Assembly: GCA_038230375.1 (NCBI GenBank)
Contig: JBBRNJ010000006.1
Coordinates: forward strand, 96,001-160,000
Length of the DNA stretch: 64,000 bases
Direction of reading: 5' to 3'
Origin: Polyangiales bacterium
GTDB taxonomy: Bacteria; Myxococcota_A; Polyangia; Polyangiales; Polyangiaceae
Shown here piece by piece: positions 9,423 through 17,917 of this stretch. The notes under the pieces are model-generated. The model was given only the letters and a program-made list of their open reading frames with translations, was not told where the DNA came from and did not search any database. Made by a program: the position numbers and the translations under genes. Position 1 is the stretch's first letter. Every line of letters starts with the position of its first letter.

Positions 9423-11971
9423 CCACCCGTGATCCGGAGCTGCTACCGCTCCTGATCGCGGAGCTGAAGCGTCACCTTGTCACGCTCGAAGGCGTCGACG
9501 AGACGCTGGAGGCGGTGCGCCGCGCGGTGCACGCGCTCAAGGGCTCCGCCGGACTCGCGGGCGAGGCGGAGCTCTCCCAGTCCCTCGCGCGGCTCGAGCG
9601 TCGCATGCGCGAAGGCGATGACCGGGCGCGCGCCGAGACCGCCGCCGTCGTGACGCTCGCCGTGGAGCGACTCTCCACGGGCCAGAGCGCCGTGATCGCA
9701 TCGTGGCCAGAACCTCCGACCGGGCTCTTGCCGCGCGCGCTGGATCCGAGCGTGCGCGTGCAATACGCGGCGGAGGTGCAGGATCGCATCGCGCAGATCG
9801 ACCGCGCGCTCGCGGACGATCAGAATCCGCTCGAGGCCGCCGCCGAGATCTACCGCCACATCCACACCATCAAGGGCGCATCCAGCGCGGTTGGCGACGA
9901 GCCCATGTCGTGGTTCTGCCATGGGCTCGAAGAGCGGCTGCGGCCGGGCACCATGAGCACCGAGGCCGCGCGCGGCGCGCTGCTGGAGATGAGCGAGTAC
10001 CGCGCCGTACTCGGAGCGTTCCTGGACGACCCAGACGCCGCCCTGGAGTCACTCGCGGGAAGGCAGCACCCGACACGCAAGTCGCTGCGCCCGAGTATTC
10101 GCCCCGACGACGACCTGCGCCCCGACGACGCGACCATCCGGATCGCGACCGGCGCGGTGGACCGGGTGCTCGATCAGCTCTCGGTCGTCAGCGTCATCCA
10201 GGACCGACTCATGCAGCGCGCGCCTCGTGCGCAGCGCAACGGACGCACAGCCCGCAAGCTCCGCGCGGAGCTGACGGAGGCGCTGCGCCTCATCGGGCCC
10301 CCGCGGCCCTGGGGCGCACCGGCGGCCGCATTGCGCAGGGTGGAGGCGGCGGCGTCAGCGCTCTCCGCCATGGCCGACGAGATGGAGAGCGCGTCGCAGG
10401 AGATCAAGAGCGACAGCCTCCTCCTGAAGGAGAGCACAACGAACGCCCGCTCGGGCCTCTCGCAGATGAGGGAGACGAAGGTCGCCGGCATCTTCCGCCG
10501 CATCGCATCCGCCGTGGAGGCAGAGGCGCGCCGCGCAGGAAAGCTGGTCCGCGTGTCGCTCCGCGGCGCCGAGGAGATCGTGGATCGCCGGCTGGCCGAG
10601 CATCTCTTCGAGCCATTGTTGCAGATTGCACGCAATTCTGTCGCGCACGGCATCGAGACGCCGGACGTCCGCACCGCGCTCGCGAAGGATCAGGTCGCCT
10701 CCGTGCAGATCGCGGCGCGCCGCGTGGGGAGTCGTCTCGTGGTCAGCATCTCCGACGACGGCGCCGGCGTGGACGTGGACGTCATCCGCGAGCGCGCGGT
10801 GTCTGCCGGCAACGTGACGGCCTCGCTGGCCCAAGCCGCGGACGACAACACCCTCCTTGGGCTCCTCTTCCTGCCAGGCTTCTCCACGCGCGACAGCTCG
10901 GACCTCCTTGCTGGTCGTGGTATCGGTCTCGACATCGCGCTGCTGTCGGTACAGCGCCTGGGCGGCACGATTCGCCTCTCCAGCAGGCAGGGGCGCGGCT
11001 TCGAGGCGATCGTCGAGGTCCCCATCGAGTCCGGCTTCGCGCGCGTGCTCTGGGTGACGGCGGCCGATCGCGTCTATGCGCTCCTCGCCGACGCCGCGCG
11101 CAAGGTGGATCTGAACGACGGCCTTCGCGTCGCGCATCTTGGTGCGTGTCTGGACGCGCGCCCCAACATGCCCGCGCCGTACGTCGTGGAGCTGGATCTC
11201 GGAGAGACGCAGGCGCTGCTGATCGGCGTGGACGCCATCCACGAGACGAACGAGGTGCTCTTGCGCCCGCTCACCTCGATCGTGCGCGCGCTCGGCCCGT
11301 ATGCAGGCGCGGTAGCGCGTACCGATGGCACGCTGGCGCTCGCGATCGATCCTTTCGCTCTGGCCCCGCGCGCGCGTGCGATCGGCCGCATTCCGGAGGG
11401 CCGGCCGAGTGACTCTCCGCTCTCGCGTCCACCGCCGCATCCGTCCGGTGAAGGCGAAGGGCCCATGAGCGCGTTCGTGCGACCCATGACAGAGGCGGAT
11501 CTGCCCGTCGTCGCCGAGATCGAGCGCGAAGCCTTTGGTGCGTCGCCGCGCTCCAACGCCATGGGCGAGGCCGACCTGCGCGAAGAGCTCGTGCGTCCGT
11601 GGTCCCGCACATGGGTCGCCGAGGTGGACACTGCGGTCTCCGGCTTTCTGCTCGCGTGGCACATCGTGGACGAGATCCACGTGCTCAACGTGGCCGTGCG
11701 CCGCGAGAAGCGGCGAAGAGGAATCGCGCGCACTCTCCTCACGCAGCTCTTCTCCTACGCGCGCGAGAAGAGCGTCGTGGCGATGTACCTGGAGGTGCGC
11801 ATGGGCAATCGGCCTGCGATCGAGCTCTACCGGGTCCATGGCTTCCACACCATGAACATCCGGCGCAGCTACTACGCTGACGGCGAGGACGCGCTGGAGA
11901 TGCGCCTGGATTTCGATGCCAAGGGCGCCATCATCCTCAAGCCAGACGAAGTGCCGTTGCCGGAGCCGTGA
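9419..11971 (+). CDS. cheA: CheA-like histidine kinase (two Hpt domains, HATPase, degenerate CheW) fused in frame to a C-terminal RimI-type GNAT acetyltransferase
   Basis: Hpt motifs RRAVHALKGSAG and YRHIHTIKGASS; QIARNSVAHGIE, SDDGAGVD, LFLPGFST, GRGIGL; no stop codon before the RimI-like segment. Confidence 0.85.
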   Translation: MTTRDPELLPLLIAELKRHLVTLEGVDETLEAVRRAVHALKGSAGLAGEAELSQSLARLERRMREGDDRARAETAAVVTLAVERLSTGQSAVIASWPEPPTGLLPRALDPSVRVQYAAEVQDRIAQIDRALADDQNPLEAAAEIYRHIHTIKGASSAVGDEPMSWFCHGLEERLRPGTMSTEAARGALLEMSEYRAVLGAFLDDPDAALESLAGRQHPTRKSLRPSIRPDDDLRPDDATIRIATGAVDRVLDQLSVVSVIQDRLMQRAPRAQRNGRTARKLRAELTEALRLIGPPRPWGAPAAALRRVEAAASALSAMADEMESASQEIKSDSLLLKESTTNARSGLSQMRETKVAGIFRRIASAVEAEARRAGKLVRVSLRGAEEIVDRRLAEHLFEPLLQIARNSVAHGIETPDVRTALAKDQVASVQIAARRVGSRLVVSISDDGAGVDVDVIRERAVSAGNVTASLAQAADDNTLLGLLFLPGFSTRDSSDLLAGRGIGLDIALLSVQRLGGTIRLSSRQGRGFEAIVEVPIESGFARVLWVTAADRVYALLADAARKVDLNDGLRVAHLGACLDARPNMPAPYVVELDLGETQALLIGVDAIHETNEVLLRPLTSIVRALGPYAGAVARTDGTLALAIDPFALAPRARAIGRIPEGRPSDSPLSRPPPHPSGEGEGPMSAFVRPMTEADLPVVAEIEREAFGASPRSNAMGEADLREELVRPWSRTWVAEVDTAVSGFLLAWHIVDEIHVLNVAVRREKRRRGIARTLLTQLFSYAREKSVVAMYLEVRMGNRPAIELYRVHGFHTMNIRRSYYADGEDALEMRLDFDAKGAIILKPDEVPLPEP
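11465..11971 (+). CDS. rimI: RimI-type ribosomal-protein alanine N-acetyltransferase domain (C-terminal part of the CheA ORF; has its own in-frame ATG)
   Basis: RPMTEADL..V.EIE..AF, EIHVLNVAV...RRRGIA..LL, LEVR.GN..AI.LY...GF, RRSYYADGEDALEM. Confidence 0.8.
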   Translation: MSAFVRPMTEADLPVVAEIEREAFGASPRSNAMGEADLREELVRPWSRTWVAEVDTAVSGFLLAWHIVDEIHVLNVAVRREKRRRGIARTLLTQLFSYAREKSVVAMYLEVRMGNRPAIELYRVHGFHTMNIRRSYYADGEDALEMRLDFDAKGAIILKPDEVPLPEP

Positions 11972-12026
11972 GCACGGACCAAATGCCTGAGGGTCGACCC
12001 GGGTTTCACGATAGGATTTTTTCATC

Positions 12027-14804
12027 ATGCGCAAGCTCCGCGCCCTCGCGCTCGCATCGCTCACGTCCTTTGCCTTCGTGGCTCCCAGCTGGGCCGCGCC
12101 CGATGCTGCGCCCAGTGGGCCTGCCGTCAAGGCGCTCGCCGAGAGCGACTACGCCGCCGCGCTTCTGGAGCTGAAGGACAAGAGGGACCCGGCCTCGCGC
12201 GTGCTGCTCGCGCAGGTGTACCTGGAGCAGGGCCAGTATGCGGATGCGAAGCGCGAGGCGGAGGCGTCGAAGCTTCCTCTGGGAATCGTGATCGCGGCGC
12301 AGGCGCTCGAGGCGCAGGGACAGGTCGCCGATGCATTGAAGCTCCTCGACACCGTGAAGGACGACAAGTCGAAGGCGTGGCTCCGCGCGAAGCTCCTCAC
12401 CGGCGAGTACCGCATCGAGTCGGGGCATCGCAAGGACGCGGACGACGCGCTCATGAAGGTGATCGAGTCCTACAACGACGGCACCATCACCTCGGGCGAC
12501 GCAGAGGGGCTCTCGTTCGTAGGGCGCGCCGCGTTCCTGATGCGCTCGGCGAAGGATGCGAACCAGGCCTTCAACGAGAGCGAGCGCGTGAACAAGAAGC
12601 GCGTGGAGACGCTCCTCTATCGCTCCGAAGCGTACATGGACAAGTACGATCCGGGCCACGCCGAGGAGGTCACGAAGGAGGCGCTCACGATCGCGCCGCA
12701 TCGGGCCGACGCGCTGGTGCAGATGGCGCGCGTGAAGCTCGAACAGACGATGGACTTCGAGGGCGCCGAGAAGCTCGCAAAGGAGGCGCTCACCGTCAAC
12801 CCGAAGCACACCGGCGCGTTCGCCATACTCGCGGGCGTCGCGCTGAAGGACATGGATCTCTCCGGCACCGAGCGGCTCTTGCAGCAGGGCCTTGCCGTGA
12901 ACCCCAACGACCTGGAGCTCCTCTCGCTGCGCGCGGCCACGGCGTTCCTCTCGGACGACCCCGCTGCCTTCGAGGCGCGCAAGAAGGACGTCTTCCAGCG
13001 CAACCCGGAGTACTCGCGCCTCTACTCGATCGTCGGCGAGCTCGCCGAGTGGGAGCACCGCTACGACGACATCGTCACCATGATGGCGGAGGCCGTGAAG
13101 GTCGACCCGGACGACTCGAAGGCCTGGGCGGAGCTCGGCCTGACGCAGATGCGCAACGCCGACGAGGCCGCGGGTATGGTCTCGCTCAAGACGGCCTGGC
13201 AGAAGGACAAGTACAACGTTCGAGTGTATAATACACTCAATCTGTACGAGCAGACGCTCGCGAACGAGTACGAGATGGTCGACACCGGCCCCTTCAAGAT
13301 TCGTTACAAGAAGGAAGAGCGCGCCGTGCTGGAGCGCTACGTGCCCGACATGATGACGGAGGCGTGGGCCAGCATGAAGGCCCGCTACGGCTTCGTCCCC
13401 AAGTATCCGGTGCAGGTCGAGATCTACGCGGGGCGCCAGCCCTTCAGCGTTCGCACGAGCGGTCTGCCTTCCATCGGCATCCAGGGCGTTTGCTTCGGCA
13501 AGGTCATCGCGGCGATCTCTCCGGGCGCGGAGCCCGCGAACTGGGGCAACGTGCTGTGGCACGAGCTCGGCCACGTGTTCGCGATCCAGCTCTCGAAGAA
13601 CCACGTGCCGCGCTGGTTCACCGAAGGCCTCTCCGAGTACGAGACCATCGCCCGCAGGCCCGAGTGGGCGCGTGAGCTCGACCCCGAGCTGTACCTTGCG
13701 ATAAAGAACGACACGCTCCCGCACGCGGTGGACATGAACCGCGCGTTCACGCATGCGGAGAGCGCCGAGGACGTCACGGTGGCCTACTACGCCGCGAGCC
13801 AGATGATGGTCTTCACGGTGGAGGCATACGGCATGAAGGCCGTGTCCAACGCAATGGTGCTCTGGGGGCAGGGCGTGCGCACGCCCGAGGTGATCCAGAA
13901 GGCGTTCGGCGTGTCCGCTGCCGAATACGACACGCGCTTCCGCTCGTGGGCCATGGCGCGCATGCGTCGCTACGACAAGCAGTATCTCTTCCACGACCGT
14001 CGCAAGTCCGTGGAGGACGCGAAGGCAGCGCTGGACAAGAACCCGAAGGACGCAAAGGCGCATGCCACCTACGCGCTCTCGCTTGCGCGCTCACATAAGC
14101 TCGACGAGGCGAAGAAGGAGCTCGACGCAGCGCTCGCCATCGACCCCAAGCAAATGGATGCACATTACATCTATGCAAAGGTCGCGATGGGGCAGAAGGA
14201 TCTTGACGGTGCCCACCGTCATCTCTCGCAGATCGCAGCCAGCGGTGGCGACGGTTACCAGGTCCGCGCCATGCTGGCCGAGGTCGCGGAGGGGAAGAAG
14301 GACAAGCAGCAGCTGCGCTTCCATCTGGAGGCGGCGCATCGCTTCGATCCCAGCCAGGAGGAGCCCATCAAGGGCCTCTACGAGATGGCTGTCGAGGAGA
14401 AGCGGGAAGGGGACCTATTGCCTCTCCTCACCAAGCTTGCCGCGCTGGAGCAGCACGATCACAAGGTCACGCGGCTCTTGCTCACGAAGCTCGTGGAGCA
14501 GAAGGCGTGGCCTGACGTCGTGCGCGAGGGCGAAGCGGCGATCTTCGTGGATCCGTTCGGCGCGCCTACGCACGTGGCGTACGCACGCGGCCTCTCCGGG
14601 GTCGGTCGCCACGACAAGGCTCGGTACGAGCTGGAGACCGCGCTCCTCTGCAATCCGAAGAAGCCGGAAGCTGCAGCCATCAACGTGCTCCTGGCCCAGG
14701 AGGCGCTTGCCGAGAAGAATGTGCAAGATGCACGCAAGTTCCGCGACGCGGCCTTGAAGCTCGATCCGGCGAACGAAGAGGCGAAGGGGCTGCAGATCCC
14801 GTGA
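12027..14804 (+). CDS. Secreted TPR-repeat protein with a central zincin (peptidase MA-like) domain
   Basis: Signal peptide; many TPR-like repeats (AL...P.....); VLWHELGHVF HExxH motif plus downstream PRWFTEGLSEY. Confidence 0.85.
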   Translation: MRKLRALALASLTSFAFVAPSWAAPDAAPSGPAVKALAESDYAAALLELKDKRDPASRVLLAQVYLEQGQYADAKREAEASKLPLGIVIAAQALEAQGQVADALKLLDTVKDDKSKAWLRAKLLTGEYRIESGHRKDADDALMKVIESYNDGTITSGDAEGLSFVGRAAFLMRSAKDANQAFNESERVNKKRVETLLYRSEAYMDKYDPGHAEEVTKEALTIAPHRADALVQMARVKLEQTMDFEGAEKLAKEALTVNPKHTGAFAILAGVALKDMDLSGTERLLQQGLAVNPNDLELLSLRAATAFLSDDPAAFEARKKDVFQRNPEYSRLYSIVGELAEWEHRYDDIVTMMAEAVKVDPDDSKAWAELGLTQMRNADEAAGMVSLKTAWQKDKYNVRVYNTLNLYEQTLANEYEMVDTGPFKIRYKKEERAVLERYVPDMMTEAWASMKARYGFVPKYPVQVEIYAGRQPFSVRTSGLPSIGIQGVCFGKVIAAISPGAEPANWGNVLWHELGHVFAIQLSKNHVPRWFTEGLSEYETIARRPEWARELDPELYLAIKNDTLPHAVDMNRAFTHAESAEDVTVAYYAASQMMVFTVEAYGMKAVSNAMVLWGQGVRTPEVIQKAFGVSAAEYDTRFRSWAMARMRRYDKQYLFHDRRKSVEDAKAALDKNPKDAKAHATYALSLARSHKLDEAKKELDAALAIDPKQMDAHYIYAKVAMGQKDLDGAHRHLSQIAASGGDGYQVRAMLAEVAEGKKDKQQLRFHLEAAHRFDPSQEEPIKGLYEMAVEEKREGDLLPLLTKLAALEQHDHKVTRLLLTKLVEQKAWPDVVREGEAAIFVDPFGAPTHVAYARGLSGVGRHDKARYELETALLCNPKKPEAAAINVLLAQEALAEKNVQDARKFRDAALKLDPANEEAKGLQIP

Positions 14805-14858
14805 GATCGCAGACGGCGGGGATGGCGCAGGCCCCCCAGTTTGATATGACAGGCTCGC

Positions 14859-16457
14859 GTGAAGAACCGGAGCACCGCCAAGGCAAAGCGTCCTAAGCCG
14901 GGCCTCTCCACGCGTGAAGTGTTCGACGCACTGCCGGATCCGGTGCTCCTGGTCGACGAGCTGGTCATCGAGCAGACGAACGCGGCGGCGCGGGAGATGA
15001 TCGGGCTCGGCAAGGAGCTGGTCGGGCGCCGTCTGGCCTCCATCCTTCCGGAGAACGCGCTCGATCGGTTCCGCCTGCTTGATTTCCAGCGCGCGCAGGG
15101 CTGGCCGCTGCCCGCCACATGCCTGTTGCGATTCATCCGCACGGATGGCGCCAGCGTCACGGCGGACGTTCGCTGGGTGCGGCTCGCGGGTTCGCGGTGG
15201 CTCCTCACCGCACGCGATGTCACCGACGCGAGCCGTGCGGAGGCGCTCATGGGCCGGCTCGCACACCTGCCGAGTACACTCGACGGCGCCGATGCGCTGC
15301 TCGACGCGAGCGAGCCGGTGTTCCGCGCGCTGGGCTGGACGGTCGCGTTCACGGAGATCGTCCGCGACGGCTCGATCACCAAGCGCGTGATCGCGCGCGC
15401 GGCAGATCCCGTCGGCGACTACGGTCGTTCACTCGTAGACAAGCTGCTCCCGCGCTCCGCCACGCCGGTGCTCGTCGAGGTGCTCCGCACCGGTCAGGCC
15501 ATCTTCCTGGACAACCTTCCGCAGGTGCAGCCGGGCGACGTGTCGCGCGCGGTCGCGCTGGGCGAGAGCATGGCGCGCTCACGGGTCGTGCGCAGCGCCT
15601 GGTGTCCGATCAGGGCAGCCGCGGACATCAGTCATGTGCTCGCGGTGACGGGGCACGATCTCACGGAGCACGACTTCGTGGCGGTGCAGCTGTTTGCGGC
15701 GCAGGTCGGCGCAGCGCTGCGGATCCGCGGGCTCCGCATGGAAATGGTCCGGCGCGAGCGCCTTGCGGCCGTAGGGGAGATGGCCGCGGTGCTCGCGCAC
15801 GAGGTGCGGAACCCGCTGGCCGTGATGTTCAACGCGCTGTCCGCGCTGGAGCGGAACGGAGGGAGCGCGCCCGTATTCGGCGATCTGCTCGTCATCCTGC
15901 GCGAGGAGAGCGAGCGGCTGCAGCGCCTCGTGACCGACCTTCTGGAGTTCGCGAGCACGCGCGAGCCGAACCTGGTCCCCACGTCGCTCGCGCCATTGAT
16001 CGCCGAGGTGCTGTATGCGGCGAAGCATGACGAGTCCTACGAGCGCACGAACCCGAAGCTCGACATCCGCGTGGGCGAGGAGCTGATGGTGCGCACGGAC
16101 CAAGCGCTGCTCCGTCGCGCCCTTCTCAACGTGGTGGTCAACGCGTTCCAGCACGTCGCGCCGGGCGGGACCGTGAGCATCGTGGCCACGTCGACGGAAG
16201 CGTGGGTGCAGCTCGTCATCACCAACGAGGGCGACAGGCTTCCCGAGGACGTGCGGAAGCACCTCTTCGATCCGTTCTTCACCACGAAGGCCACGGGGAC
16301 GGGACTGGGGCTCGCGATCGTTCGTCGCATCGCAACGGATGTCGGCGCGTCCGTCGCCCTGCTTTCCGCCAAAAATTCCGCGTCGTCGGCGTCCCACGAG
16401 CTGGCGTCGTTCGAGTTCCTCCTGCCGCGCGCGACCGTGAAAGAGGTGATACACTGA
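14859..16457 (+). CDS. PAS/GAF-like sensor histidine kinase
   Basis: FDALPDPVLLVD..N (PAS); LAHEVRNPL H-box; LLNVVVNA, FDPFFTTK..GTGLGL. Confidence 0.9.
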   Translation: MKNRSTAKAKRPKPGLSTREVFDALPDPVLLVDELVIEQTNAAAREMIGLGKELVGRRLASILPENALDRFRLLDFQRAQGWPLPATCLLRFIRTDGASVTADVRWVRLAGSRWLLTARDVTDASRAEALMGRLAHLPSTLDGADALLDASEPVFRALGWTVAFTEIVRDGSITKRVIARAADPVGDYGRSLVDKLLPRSATPVLVEVLRTGQAIFLDNLPQVQPGDVSRAVALGESMARSRVVRSAWCPIRAAADISHVLAVTGHDLTEHDFVAVQLFAAQVGAALRIRGLRMEMVRRERLAAVGEMAAVLAHEVRNPLAVMFNALSALERNGGSAPVFGDLLVILREESERLQRLVTDLLEFASTREPNLVPTSLAPLIAEVLYAAKHDESYERTNPKLDIRVGEELMVRTDQALLRRALLNVVVNAFQHVAPGGTVSIVATSTEAWVQLVITNEGDRLPEDVRKHLFDPFFTTKATGTGLGLAIVRRIATDVGASVALLSAKNSASSASHELASFEFLLPRATVKEVIH

Positions 16458-16460
16458 GCC

Positions 16461-17549
16461 ATGGCGAAACACATTCCGCTGGAGCTCATCGAGAAGCTCC
16501 CCAAGACCGACCTGCACGTCCACCTGGACGGCTCGCTGCGGCTCACCACCATCCTCGACCTCGCCGAGAAGCAGAAGGTCGAGCTCCCCGCCCGCGATGA
16601 AGACCGTCTCCGCGCGGCGATGAACCTCGGACAGAACTGCGGCTCCCTCGTCGAGTACCTGAAGGCGTTCGACGTGACTCTTCGCGTGATGCAGACGGCG
16701 GACGCGCTCACGCGGATCGCCTACGAGCTCGCGGAAGACGCAGCGAAAGAGAATGTAAGATACATGGAAGTGCGGTACGCGCCCATGTTGCATACGCGGC
16801 GTTCCCTTCCGCTCACCACAGTGGTCGAGGCCGTGCTCGAAGGCCTGCGCGCCGCGCAGGAGAAGTATGGCATCGAGTCGAACGTGATCATCTGCGGCAT
16901 CCGCAACGTGTCGCCGGAGACGTCGCTGGAGATGGCGGAGCTCGCGGTCGCGTACAAGGGTCGCGGCGTCGTCGGCTTCGACCTCGCGGGCGCCGAGTAC
17001 GATCACCCCGCGAAGCACCACAAGAAGAGCTTCCAGCTGGTACGCGACAACAACATCAACGTGACCATCCACGCAGGCGAAGCGTACGGCCCCGAGTCGA
17101 TCGCGCAGGCCATTCACGTCTGCGGCGCGCACCGTATCGGCCACGGCTGCCGCCTGCGCGAGAACGGCGACCTGCTTCACTACGTGAACGACCATCGCAT
17201 CGCCCTCGAGTGCTGCCCCTCATCGAACGTGCAAACTGGCGCGATCCGCGATCTGGCGAGCCATCCGATCAAGCTCTACAAGAACCTGGGCCTGCGTGTG
17301 ACCGTCAACACGGACAACCGCCTCGTCACGGACACGAGCGTGTCGCGCGAGCTCTGGCTCTGTCACAAGGAGATGGGCTTCACGCTAGCCGATCTCAAGC
17401 AAGTCATCGTGAGCGGCTTCAAGAGCGCGTTCCTGCCCTTCCACGTGAAGCAGCAGTACCTCCGCAAGGTGAGCGAAGAGCTACGCGCCTTCACCGAAGA
17501 CGCCCTCCCCTCAATCCCAACCCCCCAGTCCCAAACGCAGCTAGCCTAA
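16461..17549 (+). CDS. add: Adenosine deaminase
   Basis: LPKTDLHVHLDGS, YMEVR, GFDLAGAE, TIHAGE, RIGHG, ECCPSSN, NTDN. Confidence 0.95.
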   Translation: MAKHIPLELIEKLPKTDLHVHLDGSLRLTTILDLAEKQKVELPARDEDRLRAAMNLGQNCGSLVEYLKAFDVTLRVMQTADALTRIAYELAEDAAKENVRYMEVRYAPMLHTRRSLPLTTVVEAVLEGLRAAQEKYGIESNVIICGIRNVSPETSLEMAELAVAYKGRGVVGFDLAGAEYDHPAKHHKKSFQLVRDNNINVTIHAGEAYGPESIAQAIHVCGAHRIGHGCRLRENGDLLHYVNDHRIALECCPSSNVQTGAIRDLASHPIKLYKNLGLRVTVNTDNRLVTDTSVSRELWLCHKEMGFTLADLKQVIVSGFKSAFLPFHVKQQYLRKVSEELRAFTEDALPSIPTPQSQTQLA

Positions 17550-17562
17550 ATCACCGCCGCGA

Positions 17563-17769
17563 GCGACCATGTCGCGAGGTGCTCGCGAGCGACCATGTCG
17601 CGAGGTGCCCGAGAACGACCATGTCGCGAGTCGCCCGCAAGCGACCATGTCGCGAGTCGCCCGCAGGCGACCATGTCGCGAGGTGCCCGAGAACGACCAT
17701 GTCGCGAGTCGCCCACGAGCGACGATGTCGCGAGCGACGATGTCGCGAGTTGCCCACGAACGACCATGC
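17563..17769. repeat. Tandem array of about 26-bp repeats with palindromic core CGAC(C/G)ATGTCG (about 8-9 units)
   Basis: Units such as GCGACCATGTCGCGAGGTGCCCGAGA and ACGACCATGTCGCGAGTCGCCCGCAA read directly; one unit truncated to 15 bp. Confidence 0.9.
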
Positions 17770-17772
17770 CCG

Positions 17773-17917
17773 TGAACGGCGTCGGATCGAGGCGTAGACG
17801 CCCGTCAGGCAAGGCTTTGGGCGAGCACCGCGCGGAACGTACTCTTGTACGTGAGCACGGCGCGCAGCCCAAAACGAAGCCTGACGGGATGGCTACGCCT
17901 CGATCCGACGCCGTTCA
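17773..17917. repeat. 145-bp palindromic MITE/REP-like element with perfect 25-bp terminal inverted repeats
   Basis: TGAACGGCGTCGGATCGAGGCGTAG at 17773 is the exact reverse complement of the sequence ending at 17917; inner pairs CCCGTCAGGC/GCCTGACGGG, TTTGGGC/GCCCAAA, ACGTAC-TCTT-GTACGT. Confidence 0.8.

Noticed and set aside
17563..17769. Possible CRISPR array
   Set aside because: The period is only 26 bp, the variable parts are about 10 nt and repeat each other, and no cas genes are in the window.
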